Shown here one piece after another: positions 56,252-64,000 of a stretch of 64,000 nt of DNA. Location: assembly GCA_964637025.1 (NCBI GenBank), contig CAZWTL010000004.1, positions 34,508 to 98,507 of the forward strand, in the 5' to 3' direction. Positions within the stretch are counted from its first letter, which is position 1. Each line of letters starts with the position of its first letter. Below the pieces are notes generated by a model, which made no database searches, had not been told where the DNA came from, and was given only the letters and a program-made list of their open reading frames with translations. This stretch comes from an uncultured Syntrophaceae bacterium. GTDB lineage: Bacteria > Desulfobacterota > Syntrophia > Syntrophales > UBA5619. The translations under genes were made by a program, and so were the position numbers.

Positions 56252-56651
56252 CACTCCCATACCCTTCTGCCTGGAGCTGACGGATGTATTTCCTCGGACC
56301 AGGAGCATCCATCTTTTCAAAGGCTTCAAGATGCATAGGTGTCACGTGCCGTTCCACAGGGAATGTCCACTCACTTCGACACCAGAATGTCGGCCCCGCC
56401 CACCGCGATGTCCACCGATGCACTGGGGGATCCATGGTTCACAGCGGTTCCCATGGCGGCTTCCAATCGGCCGGGCCTTCCGTTTTCCTGCAGCCATCAA
56501 ACATCATCCTTTTGTCTGCCTGATTCCGTCTGATAACCATTTGCTTGCGGAAGCGATTCGACAGTATGAATAAATTTTCGTGTTTCAAGAACATTATATC
56601 ACAACGTGCGGCAGCGGGCGGATCTGATTCCAGCTCGTTGCAGCGGTGCAT

Positions 56652-56680
56652 TTGACACCGCCGGTATCCCGGTGTAGATT
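56652..56680 (+). promoter_or_regulatory. sigma70-type promoter for the M48 protease
   Basis: TTGACA-17 nt-TAGATT. Confidence 0.65.
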
Positions 56681-56729
56681 GAGGCCATAAGGTTTTCAAC
56701 ATCGCCGTTCCATCGGAAGGAGACCAACC

Positions 56730-57677
56730 ATGAAGAAAAGCAAGCCCCTCCTCGTTGTCCTGGTGGCCCTGTCTCTTGTGGTTTCCTGCGCCCCCACCAA
56801 CAGCTCCCGCTATCGCGAAGGAAGCAATGTGGGCCAGGAAACCCCTCTGACCGTCGAAGACGAAAGGCGCCTGACCCAGGAGGCGCTTCCCCAGATGACG
56901 AAGGACTATCCCGCGGCCGGGAACCGGGAGCTTCAAAATTACGTTTCTGATCTCGGCATGAAAATCGTAAGGGCCAACCACCTGGAGGGCAATCCCTACC
57001 ATTACGACTTCACGGTCGTCGACGTGGTGGACGTCAACGCCTTCGCCCTCCCGGCAGGAAAAATATTCGTCACCGCGCCGTTGATCGCCATGGCCTCGAA
57101 CGAAGCGGAACTGGCCGGGGTCGTTTCGCACGAGATCGGCCACGTCGTTGCCCGGCACTCGGCGGAGCGGATGTACGCCATGGAAAAGGCCCAGAACAAG
57201 ACCTGGCTTTACGCGGCTGGCGGGGCCGTCATCGGCGCAGCCCTTGGATACGGCGTCGGAAGGATGCTCTGCGCTGAAGGCGATACGCAATGCCAGGCGA
57301 AAGCGGCCCTGCTGGGCGGCGCCGTCGGCGCGGGCGGCGGAGTTCTTGCACAGAAATACACGTTCCTGGTGAATTCACGCGAGGACGAGATGGAGGCGGA
57401 CCGCCTCGGGTTCAGATATGCGGTCGGCGCCGGATACGACAAGGACCAAGTCGGGAAATTCTATGAAAAGCTCCTCGAAACGGAGAAGAAGGCCGGCCAG
57501 GGGGGAGTCGGAGTCGCAAAAAGCCTTTCCGACGCGCTCAGCACGCACCCCCCCAGCGAGGAGCGGGTACAGCAGATGCGCGAACTGGCTGCAACCAGCA
57601 CCGCTCAGCAAGGGGTGGTCGACAGCCCCGAATTCAGCCGGGCGAAAAGACTCGCCGCGGATCTGGGCAAAAAATAG
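56730..57677 (+). CDS. M48-family Zn metalloprotease, lipoprotein (BepA/LoiP-like)
   Basis: Lipobox LVVSC, VNAFALPAG, HEIGH, SREDEMEAD, STHP. Confidence 0.92.
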   Translation: MKKSKPLLVVLVALSLVVSCAPTNSSRYREGSNVGQETPLTVEDERRLTQEALPQMTKDYPAAGNRELQNYVSDLGMKIVRANHLEGNPYHYDFTVVDVVDVNAFALPAGKIFVTAPLIAMASNEAELAGVVSHEIGHVVARHSAERMYAMEKAQNKTWLYAAGGAVIGAALGYGVGRMLCAEGDTQCQAKAALLGGAVGAGGGVLAQKYTFLVNSREDEMEADRLGFRYAVGAGYDKDQVGKFYEKLLETEKKAGQGGVGVAKSLSDALSTHPPSEERVQQMRELAATSTAQQGVVDSPEFSRAKRLAADLGKK

Positions 57678-57781
57678 CTTTTTCTGAACCGTCCCCCGAT
57701 CCGGAGACCCTCGGCGGGCTTGAAGGCAGCGTCTTGCGCCCCTTCCCCGGCGCACAGGAGACGCGTTCCCCGCTCGGCACC

Positions 57782-59119
57782 TCACGCGTCCTTCAGCAGC
57801 CTGTTGTCGGGATGCCTTTCCATCGCCTTCCCGAAGGCCTCCAGCGCTTTCGCAAGCGCGGACAATTCGGGCGTGCATGCGAAAGGGATCGTGTTGAGGC
57901 CTTGAAGTTCCAGGGCCTCGACGACGTAACGGATCGTCAGGACGTGAATGTCGCAGGCCGGCTGATACCCCTTCTCCCGCCTCCTTCCCGCCTCCGACAC
58001 GGAGAGGATCCCGCTCCGGACCAGATCGGTCAGGATTTCACGCACCAAAAGGACCGGGATCGCGAGTTCGTCGCAGATCCGCTGTTCGGTCATCGGCGCC
58101 CCCATCCGGGCGAAGTTCCCGATCACGTGCTGGGCAATCCGGAGGGAGAGCAGCATTCTGAGTCGCCCGCTGACCTGCCGGGCGTCGGGCTCGAATTCAT
58201 GGTCGTCCACGTTTTGAAAGGCAAAGGAGAACTCCGCCCCGTAGAGAACGATCATCCAGCTCAACTGCAGCCAGGCGAGGAAAAGCGGGATGGCTGCGAA
58301 ACTGCCGTACACGGCGTTGTATTTGGCCGCCCCGATCTGGAAGGTGATGTACGCCCATTGAACGATCTGAAAGACCGTGCCGGTCACGACCCCGGCCAGC
58401 AGACCGGACGTGAAGCGGATTTTCGTGTTCGGCATGAAGATGAATAGAAAGGTGAAGAGCCCCCACAGCAGACAGTAGGGCAGCAGCTTCAGAAGGAAGA
58501 AGACCAAGGGGCTGAAGACGCCCAGGATCGCGATCTTGTCCAGAATCAGCGTCACCTGGGTGGTGACGAAGACGGTCACGCTGCTCGAGAGGATCACGAG
58601 CACGGGGCAGACCAGCATCAGCGAGAGGTAGTCGCTGAATTTCCGGCCCAGCGAGCGTTGCTTCCTGACCTTCCAGATGTCGTTCAGGGATTCCTCGATC
58701 TGTCCGAGCATCTTGATCACGGCCCAGAAAAGCACGATCAACCCCGCTCCCGCGAGGACCCCTCCCTGGGTGGATTCCAGCAGAGAATGGGAAAACTGGA
58801 TGACGTTGTCCATGATCGCCTGCTGGCCGGCGAGCTTGACGCGCAGTTGCGCCTCGAGCACTTTTTCGAATCCGAACCCCTTGGCGATGCCGAAGGCCAT
58901 GGCCGCGACCGGCACGATGGAGATCAGCGAGTAGAAGGTGAGGGCCGACGCCCGGAGCTGGCACTTGTCTTCGCCGAACCCTCGGATCGAAAGGATCGCC
59001 ACCCGCAGGAGCTTCAGGAAAAAGGATTTTCCCGGGGGGAGGTCCCGCCGGCGGATTCGCCAGATCTCCTGCCGGACGAAAGAAATCGCCTTCGCAATCC
59101 ATGGACGGATCTTGTCCAT
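57782..59119 (-). CDS. YihY/BrkB-family membrane protein with C-terminal winged-helix-like extension
   Basis: RASALTFYSLISIVP, IEESLNDIW, YNAVYGSFAAIPLFLAWLQLSW; start at MDKIRPW. Confidence 0.88.
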   Translation of the reverse strand: MDKIRPWIAKAISFVRQEIWRIRRRDLPPGKSFFLKLLRVAILSIRGFGEDKCQLRASALTFYSLISIVPVAAMAFGIAKGFGFEKVLEAQLRVKLAGQQAIMDNVIQFSHSLLESTQGGVLAGAGLIVLFWAVIKMLGQIEESLNDIWKVRKQRSLGRKFSDYLSLMLVCPVLVILSSSVTVFVTTQVTLILDKIAILGVFSPLVFFLLKLLPYCLLWGLFTFLFIFMPNTKIRFTSGLLAGVVTGTVFQIVQWAYITFQIGAAKYNAVYGSFAAIPLFLAWLQLSWMIVLYGAEFSFAFQNVDDHEFEPDARQVSGRLRMLLSLRIAQHVIGNFARMGAPMTEQRICDELAIPVLLVREILTDLVRSGILSVSEAGRRREKGYQPACDIHVLTIRYVVEALELQGLNTIPFACTPELSALAKALEAFGKAMERHPDNRLLKDA

Positions 59120-59495
59120 CGTGAATTTCCTCCCATGATGACGGTTTGAGCCGCCCCGGCGAACACCCCCCCTTCCGATGGATCCCGCCGATCGCTCCGC
59201 GGCTGGCAGGGGGCCGGGTCTTGCCGCTTTTCGGCCCCTCCGGTCCAAGGGCGGCCCCGCTCTGCCGAGCCAAAGGATCAGGGTCCTCGCACAGTCCGGA
59301 TATTCGGATTTCGAAAGCGCGCATCCGGGTCCCGCCGGGATCGGCTTTGTCGGCAGCGTTGATCCAATATAAGTGACGGAAAACTTTGTGTCAATACCGC
59401 CGCAAGAAGGGCTTGATTCCAATGCCCTTTTCATCATATGGTGCGAACGGCGGCGGCGATCGGGCATCTTCACGGCCAGGGAAACGGGAGGAATC

Positions 59496-60233
59496 ATGAT
59501 CTCGCGACAGGAGAGCGGAGGCAAAATCCGGGAAGCGGTGTTTCAGGTCCGGGACCTCACCAAGATATACCGGATGGGCGAGATGGAGGTGCACGCCCTG
59601 CGGGGGATCGAGATGGAGTTGTACGCCGGCGAACTCATCGTGCTCCTCGGCCCCTCCGGGAGCGGAAAGTCCACCCTGCTCAACATCCTGGGCGGGCTCG
59701 ATACGGCGACCCAGGGCGTCGTCTCGTACCGGGGCCGGGACCTCACCCGGGCCGGCGAAGACGAGTTGACGGAGTACCGGCGTTACCATGTCGGATTCGT
59801 CTTTCAGTTCTACAACCTGATCTCCAGCCTCACGGCCAGGGAGAACGTCGCGGTGGTCACGGAAATCGCGCCGAACCCGATGGTTCCGGAGGAGGCCCTG
59901 GCGCTCGTCGGCCTGGCGGACCGGCTGGACCATTTCCCGGCACAGCTCTCCGGGGGTGAGCAGCAGCGTGTTGCGATCGCACGCGCCATCTCCAAGAATC
60001 CGGCGGTCCTGCTTTGCGACGAACCTACGGGCGCCCTCGATTCCAAGACCGGCATCGTGGTGCTCGAAGCCCTGGAGGAGATCAACCGCAGCCTCGGCAC
60101 GACCACCGCCATCATCACCCACAACGTGGACATCGCCGGGATGGCCGACCGCGTCGTTCATCTGAGCAACGGCAGGATCGCCGAAGTGACGACCAATGCG
60201 GTGAAAAAATCCGCAAGCGAACTCCAATGGTAA
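59496..60233 (+). CDS. ABC ATP-binding protein (LolD/MacB-like)
   Basis: [36 protein letters not shown]; GGGAGG RBS before ATG 59496. Confidence 0.95.
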   Translation: MISRQESGGKIREAVFQVRDLTKIYRMGEMEVHALRGIEMELYAGELIVLLGPSGSGKSTLLNILGGLDTATQGVVSYRGRDLTRAGEDELTEYRRYHVGFVFQFYNLISSLTARENVAVVTEIAPNPMVPEEALALVGLADRLDHFPAQLSGGEQQRVAIARAISKNPAVLLCDEPTGALDSKTGIVVLEALEEINRSLGTTTAIITHNVDIAGMADRVVHLSNGRIAEVTTNAVKKSASELQW

Positions 60234-60237
60234 TCCC

Positions 60238-62601
60238 GTGAACGCGCTGGACCGGAAACTCTGGCGGGAACTGTGGCGCATGAAGGGGCAGGTGTTCGCC
60301 ATCATGCTCGTCGTGATGAGCGGCACGGCAACCTTCATCATGTTCATCAGCACCATGGATTCCCTGAACCTCACCCGGAACCGGTTCTATCGCGACTACA
60401 GTTTCTCCGACGTTTTTGTCCACCTCAAGCGGGCGCCGGAAAGCCTCAAGGAGAAGCTCCGGGAGATCCCGGGCGTCAACCAGGTCGAAACCAGGGTCTA
60501 CGCGCCGGTCAAGCTGGAGATCGACGGTTTCGGCGAGCCGGTCAATGCCGCGGTCATCTCCATCCCCGACCACGGAGCCCCCCTGATGAACCGTCTTTTC
60601 ATTCGCAAGGGTCGGCCCGCGGACCCCGCCCAAGACGACGAGGCCGTCGTCAACGAGAACTTCGCCCAGGCGCACGGGTTTAACATCGGGGATTCATTTT
60701 CGGCGATCATCAACGGCAAATGGAAACGGCTGACCATCACCGGCATCGCACTCTCGCCGGAGTTCGTCCTGCTGATGAAACCGGAGGCGATGAGCCCGGA
60801 CTTCAAGCATTACGGCGTTCTGTGGATGAGCCGCAAGGCCCTCGGCAGGGCCTACGACATGGAGGGGGCGTTCAACAGCGTGGTCATGTCGCTCCACCCG
60901 GACGCCCGGCCGAGCGACGTCCTGCGCGCAGTGGACCGGATCGTGGAGCCTTACGGGGGGTTCGGCGCCTACGCGCGCAAGGACCAGATATCGCACCGCC
61001 TCCTGGGCGAGGAATTCAAACAGCTCCAGACCAGTTCCCGGATATTCCCCACCCTCTTCATCTGCGTCGCGGCCTTCCTGTTGAATGTCGTGATGAGCCG
61101 GACGATCAACATGCAGCGCGAGCAGATCGCCGCCCTCAAGGCCTTTGGGTACGACAATTTCAGCATCGGCCTCCATTACGCGAAGCTGGTGGTCCTGATG
61201 GTGGTTCCCGGTCTGGCCATCGGCATTGCGGGAGGGATCTGGTTCGGCCACCTGCTGGGCAACATCTATATGGCCGTCTACCGTTTTCCCGCCCTGATTT
61301 TTATACTCGATCCCAGGACGGTCATCGCCATCGTGCTGATCACGATCGCCTCGGCCCTTGCCGGCACGCTGCACACCCTCCGGCGCGCGGCCGGGCAACC
61401 CCCCGCAGAGGCCATGAGACCCGAGGCCCCCGCGCAGTACCGGGTATCCCTGGTCGAACGGATCGGCGTCGGCCGCAGACTGACGCAGCCGTCGAGGATC
61501 ATCGTCAGGAACATCGAGCGCAAGCCCATAAGGACCATGCTTTCGACGATCGGCATCGCCGCCGCCTGCGCGACCATGATCGCCAGCGGGTTTTTCAAGG
61601 ATGCGGTCGACCACATGGTCCGGGTTCAACTCGTCCTTTCCCAGAAGGAGGACATGACCGTCACGTTCATCGAGCCGACGTCGCGCCGGGTCATCCATGA
61701 GCTCCAGGCCCTCGAAGGGGTGCACCACGCCGAACCTTACCGGAACGTCGCGGTGAAGATGATCCACGGCCACCGCAGCTACAAGACGGCCATCAACGGG
61801 ATCGAATCCGACAGCCGCCTCCATCTTCTGCTCGACACCGACCTCAAGCCGGTGCCGCTGCCGCCTGACGGCATCCTGCTGACCGATTACCTGGGAAAGA
61901 TCCTCGGCGTGAAACCGGGAGATGTGCTGACGATCGAACTGCTCGAAGGGACACGCTCGATCCGGCAGGTCCCGGTCGCAGCCCTGACCAAGCAGTATCT
62001 CGGGGTCATGGGGTATATGGATATCCGATCTCTGAACCGGCTGCTGATCGAGGGCGATGCGATCTCCGGCGCCCATCTGGTGACCGATGCGCTCCATCGG
62101 AAGGACCTCTTTCACGAGTTCGTCGGAATGCCGCGCATATCCGGGACGGTCGTCCGCATGGACGAGATTCGCAACTTTTACGATGTGCAGGCGAAAGGGA
62201 TGCTTTTTTTTACGTTTATTGCTACACTCATGGCATGTTTCATCTCGTTCGGCGTGGTCTACAACAACGCCCGGATCATTTTTTCGGAGCGGAGCCGGGA
62301 ACTTTCCAGTCTCCGGGTTCTGGGCTACACGCGGGGGGAAATATCTTACATTCTGCTGGGGGAACTGGGGTTGATCACGCTCGCCGCCATACCATTGGGT
62401 TTTCTGCTGGGATACTGGCTCTGCGGTTATATCGCACAGGCCCTGGCATCCGACCTCTTCCGGGTGCCGCTCGTGATCGCACCCGGGACGTTTTCCCTGG
62501 CCGCGTCGGTTGTCCTGTCCGCCGCCACGGTATCGGCCCTGGTCGTCCGCCGCAGGATCGACCGGCTCGACCTGGTGGAGGTTCTCAAGACTCGGGAGTG
62601 A
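60238..62601 (+). CDS. FtsX/MacB-like ABC permease (duplicated)
   Basis: QREQIAALKAFGY and ERSRELSSLRVLGY repeats with periplasmic domains. Confidence 0.92.
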   Translation: MNALDRKLWRELWRMKGQVFAIMLVVMSGTATFIMFISTMDSLNLTRNRFYRDYSFSDVFVHLKRAPESLKEKLREIPGVNQVETRVYAPVKLEIDGFGEPVNAAVISIPDHGAPLMNRLFIRKGRPADPAQDDEAVVNENFAQAHGFNIGDSFSAIINGKWKRLTITGIALSPEFVLLMKPEAMSPDFKHYGVLWMSRKALGRAYDMEGAFNSVVMSLHPDARPSDVLRAVDRIVEPYGGFGAYARKDQISHRLLGEEFKQLQTSSRIFPTLFICVAAFLLNVVMSRTINMQREQIAALKAFGYDNFSIGLHYAKLVVLMVVPGLAIGIAGGIWFGHLLGNIYMAVYRFPALIFILDPRTVIAIVLITIASALAGTLHTLRRAAGQPPAEAMRPEAPAQYRVSLVERIGVGRRLTQPSRIIVRNIERKPIRTMLSTIGIAAACATMIASGFFKDAVDHMVRVQLVLSQKEDMTVTFIEPTSRRVIHELQALEGVHHAEPYRNVAVKMIHGHRSYKTAINGIESDSRLHLLLDTDLKPVPLPPDGILLTDYLGKILGVKPGDVLTIELLEGTRSIRQVPVAALTKQYLGVMGYMDIRSLNRLLIEGDAISGAHLVTDALHRKDLFHEFVGMPRISGTVVRMDEIRNFYDVQAKGMLFFTFIATLMACFISFGVVYNNARIIFSERSRELSSLRVLGYTRGEISYILLGELGLITLAAIPLGFLLGYWLCGYIAQALASDLFRVPLVIAPGTFSLAASVVLSAATVSALVVRRRIDRLDLVEVLKTRE

Positions 62602-62605
62602 ATGC

Positions 62606-63802
62606 ATGAATGCGGCGTTGCGCAGAAAATTCTGGCTGACCGGCGTTCTGCTGGTCGTGGTCATGGCGATCGTCTACGGCTTCCTGCCCCGCACGCAGGA
62701 GGTGGATTTCGTCCAAGTGACGCGGGGCCCGCTTCAGGTGACCATCGAGGAAGAGGGAAGGACCCGGCTTAAGGACCGTTTCGTGATCTCGGCGCCGACC
62801 ACCGGATACCTCAGGCGCATCGAGGCGAAGGCGGGCGACCCGGTCCGGAAGGGGCAGATCGTCGCCGTGCTGGAGCCGATCAGGTCTCAGGCCCTGGATC
62901 CGCGGAGCCGGGCGGAGGCGGAGGCCGTTGTTTCCGCTGCGGAGGCATCGCTTTCCGCCGCCGTGGAAAAGGATCGGGCGGCCACGGCCGACGCCGATTA
63001 TGCGGGGAAAAGGGCGGCGAGGATGTCGAAACTCCATGCCAGCGGGGCGGTGGCCAGGGATCAGTTCGAACAGGCCGAGTCCGAGGCTCAAAAGGCCCGG
63101 GCCGTCCAGCTCGCGGCGCGCGCCGCCGCAGATGTCGCCCGTTCCGAACTGGAGCGGGCCAAGACCGCCCTGCGCCATTTCGCCTCTGCAATCCAAAACG
63201 GGGGAAACGTCGAGGTCCCGGCTCCCGCAAACGGCGCCATCTTCCGGATCTATCGGGAAAGCGAGGGCGCAGTCCAGGCCGGCGAACCCCTGATGGAAAT
63301 CGGCGATGTCCGCAACATCGAGGTCCGGGTGGAGGTCCTCTCGTCGGACGCGGTCAAGATCGCGCCCGGGACAAGGGTGCTGTTCAAACGCTGGGGCCGG
63401 GACGAGTCGCTTATGGGACGCGTGAGGCAGATCGAGCCCTCCGGCTTCACGAAAATCTCGAGCCTCGGCGTGGAGGAGCAGAGGGTTCTGGTCATCGCCG
63501 ACATCACGTCCCCTCCGGAGACGTGGCGAACCCTCGGCGATGCCTATCGCCTGGAGGCGCACTTCATCGTCTGGGAGGGGAAGGAGATCCTTCAGGTCCC
63601 CACCAGCGCCCTTTTCCGCACCGGGAAGGCGTGGTCCGTCTTTGTGGAAGAGCGGGGCAAGGCCCGACGCCGCACGGTGGAGATCGGACAGAGCACGGGA
63701 TTGACGACCCAAATCGTCTCCGGACTGCAGGAGCACGAAAGGGTGGTGGCCTATCCCGACGACGCCATCGGCGAGGGCACCAGGATCCGCCAGCGCCGGT
63801 AG
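62606..63802 (+). CDS. HlyD/RND periplasmic adaptor subunit
   Basis: N-terminal TM, ISAPTTGYLRRI, coiled coil, VPAPANGAI, KISSLGVEEQRV; start at MNAALRR. Confidence 0.92.
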   Translation: MNAALRRKFWLTGVLLVVVMAIVYGFLPRTQEVDFVQVTRGPLQVTIEEEGRTRLKDRFVISAPTTGYLRRIEAKAGDPVRKGQIVAVLEPIRSQALDPRSRAEAEAVVSAAEASLSAAVEKDRAATADADYAGKRAARMSKLHASGAVARDQFEQAESEAQKARAVQLAARAAADVARSELERAKTALRHFASAIQNGGNVEVPAPANGAIFRIYRESEGAVQAGEPLMEIGDVRNIEVRVEVLSSDAVKIAPGTRVLFKRWGRDESLMGRVRQIEPSGFTKISSLGVEEQRVLVIADITSPPETWRTLGDAYRLEAHFIVWEGKEILQVPTSALFRTGKAWSVFVEERGKARRRTVEIGQSTGLTTQIVSGLQEHERVVAYPDDAIGEGTRIRQRR

Positions 63803-63907
63803 AAACGCCCTCCCCCGTCACACTGAATCATCCGGGATCGGCGGATCGCATGATCCCCTTATCTGCGACGCAGGGTTCGAAAGGCCTTGAAGGGAAGATC
63901 ACTCGCC

Positions 63908-64000
63908 ATGGGAGACATGATCGTTCTGGGAAGGACGGGATTGAAAGTGTCGAGGCTAGGCCTCGGGGGCATCCCCATCCAGCGGGTCGACGAAAGGCAG
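63908..64000 (+). CDS. Aldo/keto reductase, N-terminal fragment (runs off right edge)
   Basis: MGDMIVLGRTGLKVSRLGLGGIPIQRVD. Confidence 0.8.
   Translation, partial: MGDMIVLGRTGLKVSRLGLGGIPIQRVDERQ

Noticed and set aside
54154-56454. Imperfect 11-12 nt inverted repeat (54154-54164 and 56443-56454) bounding the low-GC islet
   Set aside because: Short, contains an indel, overlaps a gene end, with no transposase or target-site duplication; compatible with chance.
59496-63802. ABC ATPase, duplicated FtsX permease and adaptor as the exporter for a cluster product
   Set aside because: A widespread generic exporter architecture, far from the biosynthetic loci, with no sequence evidence of a link.
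1-64000. CRISPR arrays, tRNA/rRNA genes, IS/transposases, integrases, selenocysteine read-through genes
   Set aside because: No regularly spaced repeats, cloverleaf or rRNA signatures, DDE or tyrosine-recombinase motifs, or in-frame TGA at catalytic Cys positions were seen.

Overview
High-GC bacterial chromosomal window, probably from an anaerobic Desulfobacterota/deltaproteobacterium (inferred from AOR, rubredoxin, cytochrome bd and multiple TTT transporters). About 58 coding regions are supported; I found no rRNA, tRNA, CRISPR array or intact mobile element. Left to right: (1) a sugar-acid operon (macro domain, LarA-family epimerase, gnd, kdgK-like kinase, Nudix); (2) a small lipid/secondary-metabolite locus with two FabH/OleA-like ketosynthases whose catalytic residues are split between the two genes (LstAB/NltAB-like), an SDR and a divergent stand-alone HHxxxDG condensation-domain protein, which is the best candidate for an undescribed system; (3) a sugar ABC operon with UxuB-like and IolC-like enzymes; (4) AOR plus a tandem class II aldolase; (5) an amino-acid ABC system, two HD-GYP proteins and AEC/DASS transporters; (6) cydAB-DUF5661-CDGSH with rubredoxin and a truncated rubrerythrin remnant; (7) a BMP-Cache fusion; (8) a catabolic cluster with two TTT transporters, an aminotransferase, a 2-hydroxyacid dehydrogenase, RraA and LeuC/LeuD-like genes; (9) a convergent cluster of three radical SAM enzymes and a methyltransferase; (10) a lower-GC islet carrying a truncated peptidase S74 (tail-fibre chaperone) remnant; (11) an M48 protease, YihY and an ABC/periplasmic-adaptor exporter. 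Many start codons were moved downstream of the ORF-track starts on the basis of RBS and family N-termini. All family calls come from motif recognition by eye, not from database searches.
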